DNA of 64,000 nucleotides from Lingula anatina. Lineage: Eukaryota > Animalia > Brachiopoda. Made by a program: the position numbers and the translations under genes. The notes beneath the pieces were generated by a model. That model worked only from the letters and a program-made list of their open reading frames with translations, was not told where the DNA came from and made no database searches. Shown here piece after piece: positions 54,395-64,000 of this stretch; positions within the stretch are counted from its first letter, which is position 1, and each line of letters begins with the position of its first letter. Location of the stretch: NCBI GenBank assembly GCA_051362555.1, contig CM120643.1:7130001-7194000 (forward strand), in the 5' to 3' direction.

Positions 54395-55345
54395 AAGGAT
54401 CCCCATTCCAGGGAGGTGACCCGGGTTTACTACAATCACAATCTTTATTCCTAATGAATGCAGTATTTATTATTAGCACAAAAAGTTAAAGCATGCCGAC
54501 GTTCATTACTCACGCTTTAAAAATTCTAACATTAGGGATGAGGCAATGAAAGCAGATGATATGGACTCGTAACTGATAACAGCGAGAGCGCATGTAGAAA
54601 GTTCATTGAATCTGTTGTTGAGCGGTGCAAGGGTAATGATCTTATTTGGAACATAAGTAAAACCAAGGAAATGATAGTAGATTTCAGACGGTATCAAAAT
54701 GTAAAAACATCCCTACATATAGAGCATACTGTAGTTACGATAGTAGAGCAGTTCAAACTCCTAGGAATTCATATGAATAGTAAACTTACTTGGAATGACA
54801 ACATCGAGAGGAGCGCAAGAAACCAAGACAAAGACTGTACTTTTTAAGATCATTGGGAACTTTTACAGATAATGAGACCGTTTTAATTAACTTTTATACA
54901 TGTATCTTTGAGAGTATTTTAACGTTTGAAGCATCTGGTGCTTCACTTTCAGGCCTACAGTGGAGTAACGAAAAAACCACAATGTTATTAACGCCGCCAG
55001 TAAAATAATTGAGCTAAATTTCCCCCAACTGGATGGTATCAGGAAAGACAGAATGGAGAAAACAACAAAACGGGTGGGGATCCCACCCAGTCAGCAAATT
55101 CTCTTTTTTAATTCTTACCAAGCAATACCAGACTGCTGACTTTTAAGGGGAGAAAACATTTTAAGCAGTTTTTGTCTCTGTATTATCTAATATTAATTCC
55201 ACTTTTACACCTACTTCATAAATATTTGTGTCCAGTTCTTTTTTCAGTTTTATCTCTCCAATGAAAATATTTATATTGTAATATTTTATTGGATGAATAC
55301 ATTCTTATCATACTTGTTTGAAAAAAAAAAAAAAAAAAAAAAAAA
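54395..55345 (+). mobile_element. Degenerate Rex1/Babar-type LINE, reverse-transcriptase C-terminal part
   Basis: ADD..GLVTDNSESACRKFIESVVERCKGNDLIWNISKTKEMIVDFRR...FKLLGIHMNSKLTWNDN...QRLYFLRSL...LINFYTCIFESILTF, with frameshifts; A-run at 55321-55345. Confidence 0.85.
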
Positions 55346-57679
55346 CAAGAACAAGTAAGGTAAACACAAAACACCCTACACTGGACTTTATAGAAATGAC
55401 CTAACAAAAATCTTTTACTCTAATAATTAAATGCATCAGACTTCACTTAAATTTTATTGATGTAAAGAACACTACAATTTAAATAAAATTTAGGTTTGAG
55501 AGTCAATCAGAAAGATAGTGGAATCATACAGAAAATCCTGCAATCCTGGCCTCAGGTATTCTTTACTTATAAAAAGTAATGTATGAAAACCATCTTAATT
55601 CAACGAGAAACATATGGAAGCCATTTGAATCATCAAGGATTCAGATATATAAAATTAAAGAACAAATTCTTTTAACTATCCACACCAACTTAAATCTGTG
55701 CAATTTATAGAATATTATACTGCCATATATACAATGTTCAATTTCTACTTAAAATTCCATAATCCTTATTTCCAACAATGTTAGATCTTCAGCTTCACAA
55801 ATAATAAAGAAAATTTATTTCATTAATAACCACACCCTTTTAAAACAATGTAATTTATATTATATTAGACTGTCATACAAAGTTTAATCAAAACCAATTC
55901 AATGTGTTGTAGACAATAATTCAACATCTTAAGCCTTACAAAAACAATAATTTCTTGAAAAAAAAAACATTATATTGCTTGTGGACAAACAAAAAAGAAA
56001 ATTTTAAATCACTTGGTTCCCTTAGTGGGTCAAAGTTCAAACAGATAATTCAGCCACACATATTTTGATATTTAATTTTGAAATACAATGTTGCTTGATA
56101 TAAAACTGACTTGACACCAGGAAACCATGGAACTTGAAGTGCTATACTTTTATTACTTCTCTGATCCTTACTGTCGAGTTTTCAGTCATTTGGCCAAAAA
56201 AAAAAAAAAAAAAAAAAAGGCTAAGTTAATCCACTGGTCAAGATTTGCATTTGATGAAGTGCACCAGATTTGTCATTGCTGTCATGCTGATAGGAAGGTG
56301 GTCTCCTAGGCTTCTCCTTTGTTGATGAATCTGGAAAAATGTCACAATATTCCTTCAGAAGATATCCATCGCTTTAATTGATCAATGTATTTAAAATAAA
56401 GATATCATTACACTGTAAAAGAATATGTTAAAACACTCAGCTGCAGGAATCATTTCAATAAGAAAACATGGCACATTTTGTCCAATGCAGATCCTGATAT
56501 GTCTTAAACTGTTTTGATTTTAATAAGCAAATAAATAAATCCCACAGGGCACAGTTTTACCTTAGCTGTCTCTTCTTGACCACCACTGGCCAATCAGAGG
56601 GAATGTCTTCTACATCATTGACTTAAGAAACTTTGCAGCCTGAAAATATATAAATGACTACATTTAAATTATTATATTTAGCCAATTTTCATTAAGAAAA
56701 CATTGATCAATTAAATCAATGGATATCATCTGAAGGAATATTGTGACATTCATTAGTATTTAACATATTCTTTTACAGTGTAATGATATCTTGATTTAAA
56801 AACATCTTGATTAATTTTAGCAATGGAATACCCAACTGCAGTAATCATTTCAATTACAAAACATGGCACCACACCATTAGTACCTCATCTTTTAGGCATA
56901 GCAAATATAATGACTACATTATTTATTAAAGAAAACTAAATGACATGACATACATGTACCTATCTGGAGTACCTTGTAGGTGTGTTTCCATCTCTGTCTT
57001 AATGGTGTGGTGGCTCACTGATATTACAGATATTTTCAACAAAAAGTGTTTTGATGGCCTATTGGTACACTCACCTGAAAGACAAAACTGAACACAGTCA
57101 TAAGCTGAGAGGGATGAATTGCTTTAAGCCTCTTGAGCTGATAGCAATTTAGTGAGAAACCCCTTGGAGATGGATCGATCCTGTTGACTCAATCTAGGTA
57201 TGGGAACCCAGTCTTAAATCTTCATTTCATCACATGAATATTCACTACTGATTAAAACCATGCAGCCACCAGTCAGACTGGTTTTGTCCTGATTATGCTA
57301 TATTACAGAAAGACCAGGACACTGATATCTATTTTTTTTATATCTAACAAATTTAAATTTTATCTAGTAAGCGTGTGTACAAAAGATGACAGAGGCAGAT
57401 ACATACTGTATTGTATTTACTATTTCTTATCTTATCAACCATGTCAAGTTGCCTACTCATTAAAGGTTGGTGACCTACAGTACTTAATATCATGTTCTTG
57501 GAGGTTCAAAAAGAACATACATTATCTGATTAAAAGAATTCAGCAAAAAATAAGGTTAAATAATTTACAGTAAATTATTTACAAATTGAATCATAAAAAA
57601 TAAATAATGCTCTCCCTTACCCAATTAAATTTGAGCCTTAAATTTTAAAAAATTAATAATGCCTATTAACTAAGAATAA

Positions 57680-59400
57680 TAATTGGGCACCAAATGGTAT
57701 GAAGATATATTTGCAGGCTTACTAGACTACAGTATCTACCCAACATATAAAGATATACATTAACAACACTTGCTATACCCATACTACACATAAAATTATT
57801 TCTCAAATATTTAATTAATGTTTAGTTCTGCATCTTGCAATTTCAGTTCTTCAGATAACAGAGGTTCTGCCAAAGATTGGAAAACTGTTTGTCCCTTTTT
57901 GGTTGCCTCCATGGCCTTGTCTAATTTGGTTATCTTGGGTCAAAAATTTGAGAAGTTGCTAGTGTACAATATTAGTTATGGGATGTCTACAGTTGGGGGT
58001 TCTGAAAATAAGGAATGGCCTAAAATTGATTAGAAATTTTGGGAATCGGAAAAATGTTGTAGGACTGCAAGATTTATGGGGTTATCATTTTCTTTACAAG
58101 TTTGTTTCTGGAGGTAAGTAAATGGAATGCTTGACTGCACAGTTGCAAAGAACATTTATCATGCAGATATCACAACCTCTTTTCCTATAGTTTTCTTCAC
58201 ATTCAAAGCTGAGGTTGTAACATGGATGAATTTTATACACCAAAATATTGTTCTTTAGTCTTTTAAATTTTGAAATCACAAAATTATTAAATGTTATGTT
58301 TATCTGCAAATATAAGTTTATTGAGCAATAAATGGTAACTTGGATACATTCATAAATTAACTGCTGGCCTTAGAGTAGGTTTCATATAGCTTCTCATTTT
58401 CTCCTACACATTCACTAAGAAAATTTTCATTGAAAGTGATTTATGATTTGTCTGAATTGGGTTTGCCGAAATATTCAGGAATGTTGGTTACATGGATGAA
58501 TGGTTGCTGGTTGCATTAATCAGGATTTGAAATGTTCCAGTTTTTTTAAATTTGGTAAGAGATTGAAGAGGAAAAGATTGAAATTGTTGATATTGTTTGT
58601 AGCAAATCTGGCATGTTTGTAATAAAAATGGTAAGTCGGTTTCAATTTCAAATTTTTTCATGTGTGTTTGCATAGTCTTCTTTATTTGCTTCAGTGAACT
58701 TTAGTAAATGATAGTGAATTAAAAATACAATTTAAATATTAATGATTTATTTTTAAAATTTGAGGCATACATTTTGTCAACTAAGGGAGATGTATCACAA
58801 CTATATTGTTATGAAAATAAAAAGGTCTGATACATCATTTATCTACAAATGGACAGATAGTGGTCTCTTTCATTATAATTTTATCAACTTAAGTCATCTT
58901 CTTATCTGGAATTTGCACCATTTATCTCTAGCAATAGTCTATTGTTTGAATAGGTTAATTATAACATTTATGTATATACTCTGAGAAGCTGGTCAAGTTG
59001 CTGAAAGCTCCCAGATCTTACCCAGGTATAAAGATAACTGTGTGGAAGTAGCTACTAAGTCTTGCTTGTTTATTCTTGGACAATGTTCCGGTAGATCTGA
59101 TGCCCAAAACCTTCTGTGATATAATTACAGTAAATGTAAACCAATTATGCTGATTTTGGAAAGCAACATGCCTCTTTACCAAACAAAGCAACTCAGTAAA
59201 TTTGAAGTAGAAAAAAATACGGTTTGGAATTTATGGGCCGAACATCACCAAATGTATAACCAAAAAACAGACACACACGCATAAAAAAGAAAAAAAAAAC
59301 AGAATAATTACCGTAAATGTAAACCAGTCATTGTCTATTATCTGGTTAGGAGTAGCTTGATAGAAAACCATGTTACATGTTAATGAAAGCTTAGTGAAAT
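57680..59400 (-). pseudogene. Decayed env-like ORF of an invertebrate Gypsy-type LTR element
   Basis: Fragments GCDICMINVLCNCAVKHSIYLPP and INLAVLQHF...EPPTVDIP...TVFQSLAEPLL, then a hydrophobic stretch; many stops. Recognised from memory of the family. Confidence 0.5.
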
Positions 59401-59984
59401 AATTACAGATAATTAGATGCGGTGGGTTGTGAATTTTAATAATATCTTTAAAGCATCTGAAATATGGTATAGAAATGACTTCAACCAATCAGATATATCC
59501 ACTGTAGCCAGCAGTTAACATTGTCCAACAGAATGACTGTATTCAAGACTTTAAGCAGCAAGAGCCTACTTCAACTACATGCACATTCCTCAGTACAAGG
59601 ACTTGGTGCACTGGTAATATTTACAAGAAGATCATACAAACTCCAAGTGAGCTAGTATGGTGCTCAATGTTGAATTGTGAACACAAGTATAGAATGAAAA
59701 GGACATATTAAGCCTGGATATGTATAACACTTCTTCTTAATACATGTAACTGACTGACTAAAAGTAAAGTGTATGACACTGGTGTACTTCAGTAACTACC
59801 CAGTATGGCTGACAGGAGTTATGTACAAAAGAAGAGTGATGAATAGGAAAAGAAATTTATCTGATAGCCTTGGAAATGGGACTCAATGAAATTTTAAACA
59901 AGAATCTTTCAAGAAAATAATTACAAGTGTAGATTCTGTGACAAGATTTCATACAAATAAGTTCTTGCACCATTCAATAAAAAA

Positions 59985-61223
59985 ATGCGCACTGAGGAGA
60001 AACTTTACAAGTGTAGATACTGTGAGAAAACTTTTACACAACAAGGATCTTGTATGGGCCATGAAAGAATTCACACAAAAGAGAAACCTTACAAGTGTAG
60101 ATTCTGTGACAAAACTTTTACACAACAAGGTTCTTGCACAAGCCATGAAAGGATTCACACTGGAGAGAGACCTTACAAATGTAGATTCTGTGACAAAACT
60201 TATAAAGACAAAATTTCTTGCATTTGTCATGAGAGAATTCACAATGGAGAAAGACCTTACAAGTGTAGATTCTGTGACAAAACTTTTACTCAAAAAGGGA
60301 GTTGCACTAACCATGAAAGAATTCACACCGGAGACAAACCTTACAAGTGTAGATTTTGTGACAAAACATATAAAGACAAAATTTCTTGCATATATCATGA
60401 GAGAATTCACTCTGGAGAGAGACCTTACAAATGTAGATTCTGCAACAAAACTTTCCCTATAAAAGGAAACTGCACTAACCATGAAAGAATTCACACCGGA
60501 GACAAACCTTATAAGTGTAGATTCTGTGACAAAACTTTTAAATACCAAAATTCTTGCATACGTCATGAGAAAATTCACACTGGAGAGAGACCTTACAAAT
60601 GTAGATTCTGTGACAAAACTTTCGCTCAAAAAGGGAATTGCATCAGCCATGAAAGAATTCACATCAGAGACAAACCTTACAAGTGTAGATTTTGTGACAA
60701 AAGTTTCACTCTCAAAGGGAATTGCACTGATCATGAAACCATTCATGGAGAGAAGCATAATCAAAGCAAGCACTGTGACACAGAGTTTATGACAAAATTG
60801 GCCTTCACTAGTCCTAAAAGAATGCACACCTGTGAGAAACCTTATACATGTGGAATAGAATTTAGTCAAGAGCATAATTGCAAAACACATGAAACAATGC
60901 ACATCCAAACAAAATATAGTTCAAATACTTTAAGAGGAACTAAAGGCAATGAAAGTGGGTGTAACAATGCTCCAGATTCAGAGGGAGAGACAGCTGAAAT
61001 AAGGAATGTGGAAAATGAACTGACAAACAATAATGCCAAAACCCATCATATATATGAGGAAGAAAGAATAAAATACTATTTTAAAGGTGATGACACTTTT
61101 ACCACGGAGAATATCACCATCATTACTGACAATGATGTCTATGAAATACTTACTGGCATAAAAAGAACCACGCCAGGTGTCATCACAACAATTATGAAAA
61201 ATCCTTTCTACAACTCAAAATGA
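59985..61223 (+). CDS. Tandem C2H2 zinc-finger protein (9 intact + 2 degenerate fingers); 5' end uncertain, possibly a pseudogene
   Basis: 28-aa repeats YKCRFCDKTFxxxxxCxxHERIH-TGE(R/K)P; a further broken finger with an in-frame stop lies just upstream (59920-59985). Confidence 0.85.
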   Translation: MRTEEKLYKCRYCEKTFTQQGSCMGHERIHTKEKPYKCRFCDKTFTQQGSCTSHERIHTGERPYKCRFCDKTYKDKISCICHERIHNGERPYKCRFCDKTFTQKGSCTNHERIHTGDKPYKCRFCDKTYKDKISCIYHERIHSGERPYKCRFCNKTFPIKGNCTNHERIHTGDKPYKCRFCDKTFKYQNSCIRHEKIHTGERPYKCRFCDKTFAQKGNCISHERIHIRDKPYKCRFCDKSFTLKGNCTDHETIHGEKHNQSKHCDTEFMTKLAFTSPKRMHTCEKPYTCGIEFSQEHNCKTHETMHIQTKYSSNTLRGTKGNESGCNNAPDSEGETAEIRNVENELTNNNAKTHHIYEEERIKYYFKGDDTFTTENITIITDNDVYEILTGIKRTTPGVITTIMKNPFYNSK

Positions 61224-63422
61224 TATGTTCAGATGACAGAAACAGAAAACTAACAAAAACAGCTATTTAAAGCAATAATAACTCTTCCTTTGAGATTCAA
61301 AATTCCACAAGAAATACCACATGTAAACAACCAATCGAAATATATTCTATTGCATTTTACCACTAAAACAGCCGTTATTGTAGTAAAGCTAAAATCTGTG
61401 CTTGTCAATAGGGCTTTCGATGCCTTTCTTCCCAGTCGTTAAGGCATCCGTTGCCAATGACGTTGGGGTGTCACGCGGATTCTCGCGTTCATTCGAGACC
61501 AAAATAACTTCTGGCGCCAAAAGCCTGATGAAATAGCAACTAAGTTGCGAGTTTTTGTACAGTGCATCGGATAAAGAAAAGCCCAGAATAGCACAGATAG
61601 CACACACTGTAGATATAAATGCATTTTGAGCAATAAGACGAATATATCTTATGAATCTTATATTATTGTTATGGTGTTGTTGTTGTCTGCTTTTCCCGCG
61701 GTTTTAAGTAGGTCACCAGAAACTATCGCTCGATATCGCGACTATGCATTGCAATGTCAGAGAGAGCTTCGTCAGTTAAAATCGCTTAAGAGATTTTAAC
61801 AAAAAACCAAACGTTTAGGAAAAAAAACCTGGACTAACTTTGAATGCAGGAATGGGGTCGCTGACCATTGGTAAGTACGGGAAAATTGCCGTTTACTCCA
61901 GGAAAATCCAATTTTTGGCCAAAACGAAGTTATTATGACTTTAAACAATCAAGACATTCGAACAATCTGAATCACATTTCTGTAAGATATACAATTTATT
62001 CATTCAAAATGTTAAACAATATTTACTGCTCTCAAACTTTCATGTATATTGTTGGTTCAAAATTCATAAGAAACTGTCTTTTTTAGACCACCAATAAGAA
62101 TGCAACTCATGCATTTTAGATGTTCAGTGTTTATTGACATTTATCTTTCACCAATCTTGTAGGTTCAGTTTCATCAGACACATTGTCTATAATACATGCA
62201 GATCATCAATAAGAAAAGAATTGTACCTAGTCAAATACATGATATTACAAAAAAATTATTCATTTCTTTTATCTTTAAATTTGCAAATGGAAATTTGATA
62301 AAGTGCCCTATAAGTCAATAGTAATGACATATCTCTTTGGTACAGTTAGTATGATAAACACCTTAACAAAGAGTTTGTGTCAGAAAATGTGTTTTGTAGT
62401 GCACAGTCTGTCACTCATGCAGTGAATGGGTTTATGAATTATGTAGCATCTCCTACGTACTTTGTCATAGTGGAAAACATACTGGAAAAGGAGACATTTT
62501 ACATCTGCCACTCGAGTTGTCCATCCTGCAGAATCCAGCTGATGCAACAATAACATAGCACTGTCTTGGGTATCTCCCCATGGGCAGAGATATCAATAAT
62601 CATGTCCAAAACTCAATACACCTTGATATATAGGTTACATATAACCGTATTCTCCCACATTTACTTAGAGCCATAAAGCTTGTATATAAACGTTTTGGTT
62701 CAAACACGCTAGCTGTTTGCAGAACAGGGCATGAGTGACTGTTCAATATTTGAGTATTGCTGATACATACCTGGGGATTTTATGTGACCGTGGTGATATG
62801 ATGATCACTGTCCATGAAGCCTCCTTTTATTACAGTTGCCAGTCTTGTCCTTTGCCTCCCCCCCCCCCTCCCCCCTAAAGTTCTAGTCTGGTGGCTGAAC
62901 ATCACCTGGGGATTTGCTGGTATCCATGGCAACCTTCCTTGAATTTCTGGAAATCAGAATTACCATTACAATAAAAAAGTTTGGGTATTCTTTGGAGAGA
63001 CTTAACATAAAAATATAAAATTAAGTTAATTTAATTTACCCGAGGATAAAAAGCGAGATTTTTTTAAAACCATGTTAAGTAATAAGAAAAGAAATTTCAT
63101 TACATTAATTGCAGAAGTGGTAAAAGTGCTTTCTACCATTACAGAACAATTTAGCACAGAATTTTACCAGATGCGTTATGAACTGAGGATAGATTTATAT
63201 CATTTACTGATTTAGTAATAGTGGAATCAGTTATGGGTACTAGCTGTTACACAGAAGTTAAGCTGTCATTTGGATCTTTTTCGTTAACTATGAAAACAAC
63301 TTGAAGTCTGTCAATGAAGTAGCCATTTTAAAGCAGGAATTCATAACTAATTTAAGTGATACAAAAGAGGGCAATGCTTATTGTTTTTTTACAAACTCAT
63401 GACTCACCTGCATAAACACCTT

Positions 63423-63708
63423 TCCAATGATAACATATCATCTAGGTCTTGGAACTCAGTGCTAAAGAGGATCACCACACAGCTTTTCTTTATATCCAAT
63501 GATGACATCATCTAGATCTTTGAACTCAGTGCTAAAGAGGATCACCACACAGCTTTTCTTTATATCCAATGATGACATCATCTAGATCTTTGAACTCAGT
63601 GCTAAAGAGGATCACCACACAGCTTTTCTTTATATCCAATGATGACATCATCTAGATCTTTGAACTCTGTGCTAAAGAGGATCACCACACAGCTTTTCTT
63701 TATATCCA
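63423..63708. repeat. 70-bp tandem repeat x4
   Basis: Unit tccaatgatgacatcatctagatctttgaactcagtgctaaagaggatcaccacacagcttttctttata. Confidence 0.95.
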
Positions 63709-64000
63709 CATAATGATACCTACAGATTTTATACAATTTTTGAAATTAATCATTATTTTCATTCAAATAAGTAATAAATTGGGGAAAATTAAATCCAACA
63801 GTTTACTTAATATACATTTTTACAAAATTAATCATTATCAACTGCCACAATCAATAAATGGAATAACTTATTCACAATGTTTCTGAAAGATCTCACTTCT
63901 ATACAGTGCTTTTGAAAAATGTTTAGCTAACAGTGAGAAGTTACTAGTATTTGTCTTAAAGAGACGTTATGCAATTTTGTATTGGCCAATAGCTTTTATT

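Noticed and set aside
59949-60908. 319-aa antisense ORF and alternative-frame ORFs
   Set aside because: Typical shadow ORFs of C2H2 zinc-finger repeats.

Overview
AT-rich, intron-containing, repeat-rich animal DNA (inferred marine invertebrate); nothing prokaryotic. By hand-splicing I reconstruct two multi-exon genes that the ORF track only shows in fragments. (1) An 11-exon, phase-consistent minus-strand gene (48452->43222, 574 aa) encoding a 'mini-polycystin': signal peptide, ~13-aa stalk, TM1, PLAT/LH2 domain, TM2-TM5, then stop. It has no REJ/GAIN ectodomain and no TRP-like channel half. (2) A plus-strand gene (31247->37335, ~240 aa) with an N-terminal CBM20-like glycogen/starch-binding domain, a linker of duplicated phase-1 micro-exons and a basic amphipathic C-terminal tail. 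Also present: a C2H2 zinc-finger array ORF with Cys replacing the canonical Leu; a ~20.6-kb composite satellite (395 bp + n x 193 bp) whose units look like minus-strand exon+intron modules; an LDLa pseudo-exon; minisatellites; and many TEs (Academ-like, Harbinger, hAT-like, Tc1, CACTA-ended, Helentron-type, L2, Rex1/Babar, Gypsy env relic). All family calls come from motif recognition, not database searches.
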